DNA of 64,000 bases from a virus: IMG/VR virus record IMGVR_UViG_3300034018_003010; one strand, 5' to 3'. Position numbers and translations under genes: made by a program. The notes beneath the pieces are model-generated. The model was not told the DNA's origin. It searched no databases and worked only from the letters and a program-made list of their open reading frames with translations. Each line of letters opens with the position of its first letter. Position 1 is the stretch's first letter. Positions 20,896-30,562 of the stretch are shown piece after piece.

Positions 20896-23187
20896 ATGAA
20901 TTCTAATTTTATTAAGTGGCTTTTAGTAAGTGAAGCAAGTCAATTGGGTTCTGACAGTTATGAAAAGTACAGAACTATAGTTGATACATCTATTAAAAAG
21001 TTTGCAAAAATGTTATTGGAAAAATCCAATAGCATTGATGGATTTATTACTGATGAACAAAAAGCAGCTTTGAATAGTATCGAGGCTTCTGGATTAGATG
21101 ACAATTTTATTATTAAATTTCTCATACCTTACATGAATCTAGAAAAAGTTAGTTTTGAAGCTTTTACCGATGCAACAAGTTCTTGCATTTATGGAATAAA
21201 AGGTGGTCTAGACAAAGGCGAAGAATACAAGCCTGAGATTGCACAAAAGGCAAAAAGGGCCAATGTAAAAATGAGTGCTGCTCGTTTGGCCAAATCTAGA
21301 GAAGAGCGAAGTTTTAGTGCCTCAAAGTTATCCCATACTGCATTACACGAATTTATAACAAGAATAAAATCTGGAACTTATGAAGAATTTATTGACAAAT
21401 TGATTAATTATGGAGGCACGGGATTTAAATCTTACTTGTCTCTTGGTCATAGAAACATTGCTTTGCGTGACAAGCAATCAAGAGAAAAATATGCTATGAA
21501 ATTTGGCGAGCTGAATAAAGAAGCAGAAAATCTTGCCAACAAGATGAAAAATGACGAAATAAGTCAATCTGATTATGAAGCAGGACTTCAAAGAATAAAA
21601 GACGATCAAAAAAATGCTTTGGGAATAGCTAGTTCATTTGAACCTCAAGATGCTGGATCACAAGAAAACAGAGTTGAATATATTGCTTCAGAATTTGTTA
21701 GGCATTATGCTGGCAAATCAGATTTAATTTATACTTTGTTTAATTTTTTAGTAAATTGCATCAGGCAGTCTACACTTGGCAACATGAGAAATAAGAATTA
21801 TTATGTTGGTGCAAAATCGACACCAAATACTGCAACTGGTGACGAAGGAGAAGACCTTGATGTGAGCGGTGACGGAGAATCCGTTGTCAAAGGGGGAGAA
21901 AAGATTGGCGGGCCGCACAGAATTCATGCCAGCGAACCAGATAGGCCCGATGCTCCAGAATCAGGTATGTCGATAAGTGGTCAAATTGAAGCGGCCATAA
22001 CCAACAAATCTAATTCTCTAATATTGACATTAAAGCGTTGTATTCTTGTCTATCTTGAAAACGCTAAAAACATTTTAAGTTCAAAAGTTTCTTTAAGTGC
22101 GAAGCTTGCAATTTTGAAAGCAGCATTTTGTTTTAGATATTTGTTGGAAAGAATTGAAAAAGATACAAATAATTTTGTAAGTGATTTAACAAACTTTGTT
22201 GAAAAAGAAATGCCTGATATTATAGCAGGAAAAAGACCTAGTGTTAAATCAATATTAAATGTAAATGATTTGTATGATTCATTTGTAAAAAATCCAGAAA
22301 TAGAATTATTAAGAGTTTCAGCATCTATTTGTTATAACGCATATGATAAAGTAAACTCAGCAGATGCTTTATCAATGCTTCCATCTAATATTACAAAAGA
22401 CATGCTTGTTGAATCTTTTGGATTTGATGATTTTATATTATTAAAAGAAGCATGTGATTCTGGTAGTAAGTTTTGTATTAATGGTGATACAGATCATGAA
22501 AAGATTATAAATTTATCAGACAAAATTTGGATTACAAGTATGTGGCCAGATTCTACATCTATCGCTTTTTACATGGACAATTTAAAGAATGTAATTTTTC
22601 ATGCATTCCATGTATGGGATGCTAAAAGACAAGGTAAAGAAGCGCCTCCAATTGAACAATGCGGAAAGTTAGCTATTAAGAGAAAAGATACTGGATTTAC
22701 ACATCAACATGATCCAGAGCATCATAAAGCTGTAGCTTTTAAGCTCTCTGGGGGACTATCTGCTGACGATCAAGAGTCTTTAAACAAGATAATTGACAGA
22801 CTAGAAAAACTTATTGTTGACAGGTACTACAAAAGAGTTTTAAAAGAAAAAGATCCAATCAAACAAAAGCAAGAAGTACAAAAGTTTATTAACCCAAGTA
22901 CTTTAAGCATTTTCCTTAGAGAGCTTCTGATAGATCAAAATATTTCAACTAAAGTATCATCAGAATATGGAATTAATGCAAAACCTGCTATTCAATATAT
23001 TATTAAAGAATTAATGTCATTTATTATAGACCATGATAAAAATAATAATCCTGAATATCAACAGATAGACCAAGATGAGGATGAAAATCCATATCAAGTC
23101 GATGCAGAAGTTAAAGATATAATGGGAGGACGCATAATTGATCGAACTGGAGAGGATGAGGACGAATATCCAAGGAGAAAAATTTGA
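20896..23187 (+). CDS. Large hypothetical protein (763 aa) with capsid-targeting-like N-terminus
   Basis: GAGG SD; starts MNSNFIKWLLVSE. Confidence 0.65.
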   Translation: MNSNFIKWLLVSEASQLGSDSYEKYRTIVDTSIKKFAKMLLEKSNSIDGFITDEQKAALNSIEASGLDDNFIIKFLIPYMNLEKVSFEAFTDATSSCIYGIKGGLDKGEEYKPEIAQKAKRANVKMSAARLAKSREERSFSASKLSHTALHEFITRIKSGTYEEFIDKLINYGGTGFKSYLSLGHRNIALRDKQSREKYAMKFGELNKEAENLANKMKNDEISQSDYEAGLQRIKDDQKNALGIASSFEPQDAGSQENRVEYIASEFVRHYAGKSDLIYTLFNFLVNCIRQSTLGNMRNKNYYVGAKSTPNTATGDEGEDLDVSGDGESVVKGGEKIGGPHRIHASEPDRPDAPESGMSISGQIEAAITNKSNSLILTLKRCILVYLENAKNILSSKVSLSAKLAILKAAFCFRYLLERIEKDTNNFVSDLTNFVEKEMPDIIAGKRPSVKSILNVNDLYDSFVKNPEIELLRVSASICYNAYDKVNSADALSMLPSNITKDMLVESFGFDDFILLKEACDSGSKFCINGDTDHEKIINLSDKIWITSMWPDSTSIAFYMDNLKNVIFHAFHVWDAKRQGKEAPPIEQCGKLAIKRKDTGFTHQHDPEHHKAVAFKLSGGLSADDQESLNKIIDRLEKLIVDRYYKRVLKEKDPIKQKQEVQKFINPSTLSIFLRELLIDQNISTKVSSEYGINAKPAIQYIIKELMSFIIDHDKNNNPEYQQIDQDEDENPYQVDAEVKDIMGGRIIDRTGEDEDEYPRRKI

Positions 23188-23717
23188 TTTACAGAAATGA
23201 TGGCAAGCCATATTGCCCAACTGGATCAATGCAACAATTCGATGATGGGTTGCCAGAGCATAGTTTATTTAATGACTGGGACCAAGAGTCTATCAAACAA
23301 GGTGGCTCTCCAATTTTTTATTATGAATTATTTATAGACACAAATAATGTAGATCCGATATACTTGGAAACTAGAACTAAAATGTTTAGTCCTGTTCCTG
23401 TGCAGTTGTGGGCTGTTTACGAGCCTGTTCCTTCCCAGAACATGCAAACTGCATTTGGTATTGATTCTCCAGACGAAATGATATTTGAATTGAATTATAA
23501 AAGTGTTTTGAATACTGTTGGCCATGCTCCAAAAATTGGCTCAAGGATATTTACTCCATTTTTAAAAGAGAATTGGGTTATAATAGAGAGAAAGACAGGA
23601 GAATTCAAGATGTATGGAGTTGTTAGATTGCAACTCATATGTCAGAGGTTCCAAGAAGATGATGTTAGTGGAACCTCGGTTGGTAAAAACCAAAATGTTG
23701 ATTTTAAAATTGTTTAA
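23184..23717 (+). CDS. Head-closure/neck protein (T4 gp14-like)
   Basis: ESIKQGG.PIFYY..VDPIYLE..K.F..FGIDSPDEMIF..PKIGSRIF.P; adjacent to the gp15/gp18-like genes. Confidence 0.75.
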   Translation: MIYRNDGKPYCPTGSMQQFDDGLPEHSLFNDWDQESIKQGGSPIFYYELFIDTNNVDPIYLETRTKMFSPVPVQLWAVYEPVPSQNMQTAFGIDSPDEMIFELNYKSVLNTVGHAPKIGSRIFTPFLKENWVIIERKTGEFKMYGVVRLQLICQRFQEDDVSGTSVGKNQNVDFKIV

Positions 23718-23728
23718 AAGGTGAAAAA

Positions 23729-24424
23729 ATGAAAAATTTTTATGAATTTTATAGAAGGATACAGGCTAACAAACTATTTGAACAAGGTGGCATGCCTGTA
23801 AATCCAAGCATGTCTATGCCTCCTATGGCTGGACAAACAGGAGGCGGAATGCCTTCTGCTCCTTCCTTGGGTGGAATGGGAAGCATGCCTGCTGGTGGTG
23901 GAATGCCTACTGGTGGTGGAATGTCACCACAAGGATTTATGGATGAAGGTCCAAAAACAGCAGACCAAGAAGAAGGGGGCATGGGTCCTCCAGAAGCTGA
24001 AGGCGAAGAAAATGTTGATGCCAGCGTTGGCGAAGATGCCGAAGGGCCAGAAGCTGTAATGCAAAAAGCTGTTAGCGATATCGAAGCACAATTAGATTTC
24101 TTGAGAAGTAAGGGAGAAGATGCTTCTGCAAGAGCTGACACTATCAATGATCTTCTTAAAATGATTAAGAAGAATATTGAAAAAGCGGAAGGCGAAGTTG
24201 GAGAAGAAGGTGTGGAAGGAGAAGAGGGAGCTGCCCCATCTTTAGGTGCTATGGGAGAAGAAGGACCTCCTATGGGTGACCAAGCTGTGCCATCGTTTGG
24301 AGGAGGTGGCGCTGGCGGTAATGATATGGGTGCAGCAGGAGGTATGCCACAAATGCCTATGCCAGGTGGAATGGCAACAGAATCATATTTTCTCAAAGCT
24401 CGAAAAAACCGCAAAAAAAAATAA
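23729..24424 (+). CDS. Gly/Met/Pro/Glu-rich low-complexity protein, probable internal head protein
   Basis: AAGGTG SD; MKNFYEFY..LFE N-terminus. Confidence 0.7.
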   Translation: MKNFYEFYRRIQANKLFEQGGMPVNPSMSMPPMAGQTGGGMPSAPSLGGMGSMPAGGGMPTGGGMSPQGFMDEGPKTADQEEGGMGPPEAEGEENVDASVGEDAEGPEAVMQKAVSDIEAQLDFLRSKGEDASARADTINDLLKMIKKNIEKAEGEVGEEGVEGEEGAAPSLGAMGEEGPPMGDQAVPSFGGGGAGGNDMGAAGGMPQMPMPGGMATESYFLKARKNRKKK

Positions 24425-24443
24425 TTTAATTTTTATTTAAAAT

Positions 24444-24479
24444 AAACATGCAGAGACAATTAATCTCTGCATGTTTTTT
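24444..24479 (+). terminator. Rho-independent terminator
   Basis: AAACATGCAGAGA-caattaa-TCTCTGCATGTTT, with further Ts. Confidence 0.85.
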
Positions 24480-24491
24480 CATATATATTTT

Positions 24492-24614
24492 ATGGAACAA
24501 AAGCTTAGTATATTAACGTATATTACTTTCAAAGAATTTTTAATAAGAAGAAGTTTTCCTGAATTGATTACAATTAATAAGAAGTCAGTTAAAAAAATCG
24601 AAGGCAAAAAATGA
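24492..24614 (+). CDS. 40-aa small ORF (not in ORF track)
   Basis: MEQKLSILTYITFKEFLIRRSFPELITINKKSVKKIEGKK*; TATATA 10 nt upstream; stop overlaps the next ATG (ATGA). Confidence 0.55.
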   Translation: MEQKLSILTYITFKEFLIRRSFPELITINKKSVKKIEGKK

Positions 24615-25609
24615 AGCCTATTGGCCCAAATGTTAATAGTTATGGTGGTTCTTTAAACGACATAAAAGACTTGGATTTCCAAAGTCGTTCTGAAAATATT
24701 GATCCGCCACCAGGGTTTTGTGATCAGCCACCCGATAATCAAAACAACGTTGGTTTAAACAATCCAGATGACTGGATGCAAGATTTATTTATAAATAAAA
24801 CTGGAAATGGGCAAGAAAATAATGCGGACCCATTTCAACGGGGACAAATTGTAAATGATTTAAATGTTCCAAATAGAAATACAATTTATCGTTATGCAAA
24901 ATCTATTCGTGGAACAGATGAAGCTGTAATGGATTTATTTAGAAACATAGTTGTAATTGATGACGATGGAAAGGCACACCCAGTTCCTGTTATTTGGGCC
25001 ACACAAGAAAGAGCCGTTGCCGCTGTGGTTCAAGAAAATGTAAGAAAAGACGATACACTAGTTGTAGATAGAATAAAATTACCAATGCTTGCAATAAGCA
25101 GCACAGACTTTACTTTTAATCAAGAAAGATATACTTATCACAAAGCTCTAAACTGGGCACCAGATACTCAAGGAAAACCAACTTTTACAGTATCAGAAAA
25201 ATATAATAAAGATACTGTTTTTGGAGTTGCTAGAGGTATACCAATTGATATTAGTTATAATTTAATTGCATGGACAATGCAATTAGAAGATATGAATCAA
25301 ATTATTGAACAAATAGTAACTAAATTTAGTCCTATGGCGTATATAAAAGTAAGGGGAGTAACTTGGGAAACTGGCGTAAAGATGAATTCTATAGCTAATA
25401 ACTTAGAAACAGAGCCTGGAGATCAAGCTTTGCGAGTTATCAAATTTCAATTTGGTTTAACTGCTGAAACTTACGTTGCACAACCCATTAGACGTGAGAA
25501 GGCAATATTGGAAACTAGAGTTGAGATTGGCAATTCAGCAATAGATAATGAAATAAGCGAAATAATAAGTAGAATAGAAGAAAGCACAAGGGAATTTAAA
25601 AATGATTGA
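24611..25609 (+). CDS. Tail terminator / sheath stabiliser (T4 gp15-like)
   Basis: DLFRNIVV..PVPVIWATQER..KLPMLAI..PIDISYNL..WT..EDMNQIIEQIVTKFSP. Confidence 0.85.
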   Translation: MKPIGPNVNSYGGSLNDIKDLDFQSRSENIDPPPGFCDQPPDNQNNVGLNNPDDWMQDLFINKTGNGQENNADPFQRGQIVNDLNVPNRNTIYRYAKSIRGTDEAVMDLFRNIVVIDDDGKAHPVPVIWATQERAVAAVVQENVRKDDTLVVDRIKLPMLAISSTDFTFNQERYTYHKALNWAPDTQGKPTFTVSEKYNKDTVFGVARGIPIDISYNLIAWTMQLEDMNQIIEQIVTKFSPMAYIKVRGVTWETGVKMNSIANNLETEPGDQALRVIKFQFGLTAETYVAQPIRREKAILETRVEIGNSAIDNEISEIISRIEESTREFKND

Positions 25610-25841
25610 AATTACAAACTTGCAACAGACACCAATTTCTTTGTTTATCAGATCAAAAAGAGCCCCCGGACACGGAACATCACTAACAATACCTGGAATT
25701 GGTGCAGAAAAAAATATTTTTTATTTAGAAGAAGAGAGAGCAACTGAATATATAAATAGAGCAGAGCAATCTGGTTATATTAAAACTAGATTTGTAGATA
25801 GTAATATATTGAGAACAGGAGAAAAACATGGCAACACTTAA
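25602..25841 (+). CDS. Small protein upstream of tail sheath
   Basis: 79-aa ORF overlapping both neighbours. Confidence 0.65.
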   Translation: MIEITNLQQTPISLFIRSKRAPGHGTSLTIPGIGAEKNIFYLEEERATEYINRAEQSGYIKTRFVDSNILRTGEKHGNT

Positions 25842-28305
25842 GGGGTTCCCACCTTCTAATACAATAAGCCCTTCAGTAAAGTATACTGAAAGGGACTTAA
25901 CTTTTCTTACAGCAGAACCATCTCCGAACGATATTGGATTGGTAGGCTTTGCTTCTAAAGGTCCAGTTAATACACCAACAAAAGTTACAGACTTGGGAGG
26001 ATTGGCAAGAACATTCGGCAATCCTCGTTTAAATCAGTCTTATAACCCTTACATGATTTACGCTGCACAGACAGCTCTGCAAACTGCTAACTCTGTGTAT
26101 ATAGTTCGTGTTGCCGATACAGATCCACTTAGCACAACTTGCTCTGCAACTGCAAGCTATGATGTCTATGCTGCTGGCAATGTTATTACACTTTTGGGCA
26201 GCGAAGACTTGAGCGCCAATGTAAAAAATACTAATGATTTGTATTTTACATGGAGTTTAAACGGAGTAAAGTCAACAAGGCTTTTAACACTTCTAAAATA
26301 TACTGACATGTCATCTCCTACAAGTACTGCGGGATGGACTATTGCAGAGATAGTAGCAGAACTTAATTCTCAGCTTGATTCTAGTTTAGATGGCATACAG
26401 TTTTATAGCTCTACAAACTATATTGGAATAAAAACAACTTGGGCATATGGACCATCAGCAAAGCTTGAAATACTAAGCACCGAAAATCCTTTAATTGGTG
26501 GACCAGTTTTATTTACTGGTGGCTCTGCTATGGTATGTTCCAACGTTTTAGGACTTGGCACTGGAATGTTGCCTGCATCACAAGAAGGAAGCGCTGTTAA
26601 GTATGGAGCTGGGCTTGCAGGAACATGGGACTTCACAGGCTTAACAAACTTATCTCTTTCTCTTGTTGCTAGCGGATATAACAACACATTAATCGATGAT
26701 GTTGTACAAACTGTTCCTCTAACAACAACTATGGCTGGTACCACTTATGCCACAACAGCACTTTTAGTAGCAGCATTACAAACAGACTTTACTGCTGCTG
26801 GCGTAAAAGGTTTAGCCGTTTCTGTTGGGTCTACTAGCGCAAATGCTATCAAAATCACAGGAACAGTTGCCGGAGCTTCTTGCAAGTTTTCTATTAGAAC
26901 TGCAAGTACAGTAATTTCTATATTTGGATTTAATAATACTGCAACACTAGGCACAGTAAAAACTGACAACTGGGATCCAAACACACTTATAAATAGTGGA
27001 ACCAGCACTTCGGGAGCTTCAGATGATGTTGGACCTCCTGCACCATCTACATATGGAATAATTACCGGCCCTTCAACTGGTACTACTACAAAAACATTTA
27101 CAATTAATGCAGATAGCGCTGGAATCGAAGGAAACTACACTCAAGTTGTCATAACAAGTGGAGATGCCGGGGCTTTCAACATGTCTGTTTATTCTAACGG
27201 AGAGCAAGTAGAGGCTTTCGGAAATTTAACAAAAGACGCTACATCTTATTTTTATGTTTCAACATATGTAAATTCTTTAAGTAATTACATTAGAATAACA
27301 GATGTTACAGGTGTATCGACACCTCCTGCGAATGGCACATATACACTAACTGGTGGAAAAGATGGCGTTCCAACAGACCCTGATGATCAAGATACTTTGA
27401 TTGTAGGAAGCTATACAGCAGGATCTGGTCTTTTTGCTTATTCTGATCCAGAGCAAGTTGATATTGATTTATTAGCAGTTCCTGGCAACTCTTCAACAAA
27501 TGTTATTGTTGGCATGTTTAATTTAGCGCAAAACTACAGACAAGACTGTTTGGCAATTGTTGATCCTCCATCTGGATTAACTCCAACAGAAGTTGTGGCT
27601 TGGTCAAATGGCCAAATGTCATATCAAACAGAAAGACTAAACAGTGATTATGGTGCTCTTTATTGGCCTTGGGTTGTAATCAGAGACTATTACAACAAAG
27701 TTGACGTAACTGTTCCTCCAAGCGGTGCAGTATTGGCAACAATAGCCTATTCTGATAGCATTAGCTTCCCTTGGTATGCTCCTGCTGGTCTAACAAGAGG
27801 TATTGTTCCTGGCATAAAGGATGTCGTTGCAATACCAACAGGTCCAGAAAGAGACGCTATGTATGGAAATAGAAATGCAATCAACCCGATTGTAATCTAT
27901 CCAGATCCTAATGTTACTGGCTTCGTTATTTGGGGACAAAAAACATTGCAAAGAGCACAATCTGCTCTTGATCGCATCAATGTTCGCAGAATGTTATTCT
28001 ATGTTGAAAAAGAAATTAGACTTCTTGCTAAGAACATTCTTTTCGAACCAAACACAGAAGCAGTTAGAACAAACTTCGTATCTCTCTGTGCTGGTGTACT
28101 AAATAACGTAAAAATTAACAACGGCATTTATGACTACTTCATTAAGTGTGACACTGAATTAAACCCTCCAGATGTCATTGATAGAAACGAATTGAGAGCA
28201 AGAATCGGTGTTCAGCCTACCCGTGCAATTGAATTTATATTTATTGAATTCTCCCTACACAGAACTGGCAGCTTCACCGAAAGCACCACATTGAGCACCA
28301 CATGA
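25828..28305 (+). CDS. Tail sheath protein (T4 gp18-like)
   Basis: SPSVKYTERDLT..GLVGFASKGPVN; YGALYWPW; PWYAPAGLTRG; WGQKTLQ..SALDRINVRR; FEPN; RAIEFIFIEF. Confidence 0.97.
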   Translation: MATLKGFPPSNTISPSVKYTERDLTFLTAEPSPNDIGLVGFASKGPVNTPTKVTDLGGLARTFGNPRLNQSYNPYMIYAAQTALQTANSVYIVRVADTDPLSTTCSATASYDVYAAGNVITLLGSEDLSANVKNTNDLYFTWSLNGVKSTRLLTLLKYTDMSSPTSTAGWTIAEIVAELNSQLDSSLDGIQFYSSTNYIGIKTTWAYGPSAKLEILSTENPLIGGPVLFTGGSAMVCSNVLGLGTGMLPASQEGSAVKYGAGLAGTWDFTGLTNLSLSLVASGYNNTLIDDVVQTVPLTTTMAGTTYATTALLVAALQTDFTAAGVKGLAVSVGSTSANAIKITGTVAGASCKFSIRTASTVISIFGFNNTATLGTVKTDNWDPNTLINSGTSTSGASDDVGPPAPSTYGIITGPSTGTTTKTFTINADSAGIEGNYTQVVITSGDAGAFNMSVYSNGEQVEAFGNLTKDATSYFYVSTYVNSLSNYIRITDVTGVSTPPANGTYTLTGGKDGVPTDPDDQDTLIVGSYTAGSGLFAYSDPEQVDIDLLAVPGNSSTNVIVGMFNLAQNYRQDCLAIVDPPSGLTPTEVVAWSNGQMSYQTERLNSDYGALYWPWVVIRDYYNKVDVTVPPSGAVLATIAYSDSISFPWYAPAGLTRGIVPGIKDVVAIPTGPERDAMYGNRNAINPIVIYPDPNVTGFVIWGQKTLQRAQSALDRINVRRMLFYVEKEIRLLAKNILFEPNTEAVRTNFVSLCAGVLNNVKINNGIYDYFIKCDTELNPPDVIDRNELRARIGVQPTRAIEFIFIEFSLHRTGSFTESTTLSTT

Positions 28306-28324
28306 TTTTAGATAGGAGATAAAC

Positions 28325-28990
28325 ATGTCTTATAATATGGGTATCGGAGCCTTGGGTAACTCCACAGGCATCATGTTTAAGAGAAAATTTAGATGGCTTT
28401 TCAGCGTAGAAGATATTTGTTCTGCTGGAGGAATTAGTAGAGTTCCAGAATCATTCGTGAAATCTGCTGCTCGTCCTAATATTTCTTTCGAAGAAACAGA
28501 AATCAACTTCCTACATGGCAAAATGTATATTCCTGGCAAGGCAACATTTGAATCCATTACAGTAACATACTATGATGTTACAAATGATCAAACATCTCCC
28601 TTGGTGCCATTATATAGCTGGATTGCAAACGTCTATGACTTTTTAAGTCCAACTGGCGGCATTACCAATCCTCGTATGAACGCAAGAGCATATGATGTTG
28701 GTGCTAGAGCCCATTACGGCGGCAGAGGCGTTCTAACCATGCTTGATGGTGGTGGACTTGCCCTAGAAGCTTGGACATTGTACGACTGCTGGCCACAATC
28801 AGTTAACTTTGGTGACCTAGATTATGCAACACAAGATGAAGCAACAATTGAGTTGACTGTTCGTTATCAGTTCGCCAAATGGCAGAACTTCTGCGGAGCG
28901 CAGCCAGCCCCTTGCTTTGGTTCTACTTGCGGCGCAGATCTTCCTGCTGGTCTCAATGCTCCAGCCGGTCTAAATGGCGGAAGAATCTAA
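28325..28990 (+). CDS. Tail tube protein (T4 gp19-like)
   Basis: KRKFRW..KSAARPNISFEE..YIPGKATFESITVTYYD..WTLYDCWPQSVNFGDLDY..IELTVRY. Confidence 0.92.
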   Translation: MSYNMGIGALGNSTGIMFKRKFRWLFSVEDICSAGGISRVPESFVKSAARPNISFEETEINFLHGKMYIPGKATFESITVTYYDVTNDQTSPLVPLYSWIANVYDFLSPTGGITNPRMNARAYDVGARAHYGGRGVLTMLDGGGLALEAWTLYDCWPQSVNFGDLDYATQDEATIELTVRYQFAKWQNFCGAQPAPCFGSTCGADLPAGLNAPAGLNGGRI

Positions 28991-29013
28991 TAATTAATTT
29001 ATTTTTAAAATTT

Positions 29014-29050
29014 GTACTCCTGCACATTAAATAATGTGCAGGAGTACTTT
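29014..29050 (+). terminator. Near-perfect 16-bp inverted repeat after the tube gene (terminator or processing hairpin)
   Basis: GTACTCCTGCACATTA-aa-TAATGTGCAGGAGTAC-TTT. Confidence 0.75.
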
Positions 29051-29068
29051 CATTATAAAGGTATTCAA

Positions 29069-29695
29069 ATGTCTTTAATAACTGGTTTTAATATGGGCAT
29101 AGGCTGGGCGGCCTCTGCGGTTTTCAAGAGAAAATTTAGATTTTTTGTATCAATACAAAACTTTGCTTCGCCAACAAGTTTGCTGCCAATAATTCCAGAA
29201 AGAGCAGCCAGACCTTCTATTTCAATTAACGAAATGAAAGCCGAACATACAACAGAAACAATTTATTATCCCGGCAGACCTGAGTGGAAACCAATACAGT
29301 TTACATTTTTTGATTATGTTCCATATCCTACTGGAGGTAATGCCAATACTCCGCATCCTATGTGGATATGGTTAAATTATTATTATAATACTTTTAGTGG
29401 TAACTTAAAAACATCTTATAATGACCCAGTTTACAATAGTCCTGCACCTTATTTACAGTCGGTAAACGGTCAATCCATTAGCAGAATAAAAAGAAACATT
29501 CTAATACACGTTTTTGATGGGTCTGGAAATGAAATAGAAAGATGGGCGTATGCTAATTGCTACCCAACAGAAATAGACTTTGGAGACTTGGACATGGGCG
29601 ACCAAGATATTTGTCGTGTAACATGCACAATGAGATATGATAGAGCTTACACAGTAAGTTGTAATATGCCTTTGCCAGACTTAAAACTAGTCTAA
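29069..29695 (+). CDS. Second tail tube-like protein (gp19/gp54-like paralog)
   Basis: NMGIG..FKRKFRF..AARPSISI..YYPGRPEW..ERWAYANCYPTEIDFGDLD..RYDRA; AAGG SD before ATG 29069. Confidence 0.85.
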   Translation: MSLITGFNMGIGWAASAVFKRKFRFFVSIQNFASPTSLLPIIPERAARPSISINEMKAEHTTETIYYPGRPEWKPIQFTFFDYVPYPTGGNANTPHPMWIWLNYYYNTFSGNLKTSYNDPVYNSPAPYLQSVNGQSISRIKRNILIHVFDGSGNEIERWAYANCYPTEIDFGDLDMGDQDICRVTCTMRYDRAYTVSCNMPLPDLKLV

Positions 29696-29923
29696 GAATT
29701 GCTCAGCTTTTATAATATCTCTGCACTTTTTTAAGAAATCTTCCAATTCTTTTGGCTTGCATTCTAGTATTCTGCAGGCTCCACTTTTATTTAATCGACC
29801 CTTTTTGGTGTAAGCTTTTGTCTCGTTAAGCAACAAAGCTTCTATTTCTTTTCCAAGTCCATTTCTCTCAAGAATATCAAGCAATTCTTGTTTTTCTAAA
29901 ATTTCTAAAAAGCTTTTTCTCAT
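29687..29923 (-). CDS. Small HTH-like protein downstream of the late sigma factor
   Basis: NKSGACRILECKPKELEDFL resembles a helix-turn-helix. Confidence 0.6.
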   Translation of the reverse strand: MRKSFLEILEKQELLDILERNGLGKEIEALLLNETKAYTKKGRLNKSGACRILECKPKELEDFLKKCRDIIKAEQFLD

Positions 29924-29954
29924 AATATATTATATACAAATAAATTAATTATTA

Positions 29955-30500
29955 CTATCTTTTTTGATAAAAACTGTCAAAGTTATTATCATATTCTGAA
30001 TTAGGGGATTCTTTATTTCTAGTTATAACATCAAAGCCAAGTTTTATTTTAATAATATCACCATAACGACGTTTTAAATCATTGTAATTTCTAGCAGATC
30101 TCCACAATTGTCTAAAATGATTTAATATACAGGTTGTCAAATAATTAAATGCTTTGCCTTTTTGAGGATCAAATTTTTCAGCTCTTTCGAAACAAATTAA
30201 CACACCTTCTTGTATTGCGTCATCATCATCTATGTGGCTAAATTTTGCATATCTAACAATATTATTACTAAGAGTATAAAATGCTGTTGCCAATATCATC
30301 TGTGCATCTTTATATTCTTGTTCTGCTTCGTTTGAAATAGAATCGCATATACTCAAAGGATTTTTAAGTTTTTTACTATTATTTTTTTGCCATTCTATTT
30401 CGTTCTTAAGTATTTGTATTTTTTTCTTTTTTCTTTGGGCATTTTGATATTTCATAATAATTTTTTCAAATGCTTTATTATTAAGATATTCGCTAGACAT
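29955..30500 (-). CDS. Late-transcription sigma factor (T4 gp55-like)
   Basis: YLNNK N-terminus; DDAIQEGVLICFERAEKFDPQKGKAFNYLTTCILNHFRQ (sigma region 2); no region 4. Confidence 0.85.
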   Translation of the reverse strand: MSSEYLNNKAFEKIIMKYQNAQRKKKKIQILKNEIEWQKNNSKKLKNPLSICDSISNEAEQEYKDAQMILATAFYTLSNNIVRYAKFSHIDDDDAIQEGVLICFERAEKFDPQKGKAFNYLTTCILNHFRQLWRSARNYNDLKRRYGDIIKIKLGFDVITRNKESPNSEYDNNFDSFYQKR

Positions 30501-30562
30501 TTATCTCCTAAAATAAAATAAAATATACTTTAAATTAGTTAGATAATTATTATTTTAATTTT

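Noticed and set aside
23749-24414. 221-aa antisense ORF (similarly 45815..46048)
   Set aside because: Mirror of Gly/Ala/Pro-rich genes on the other strand, which have proper start signals.
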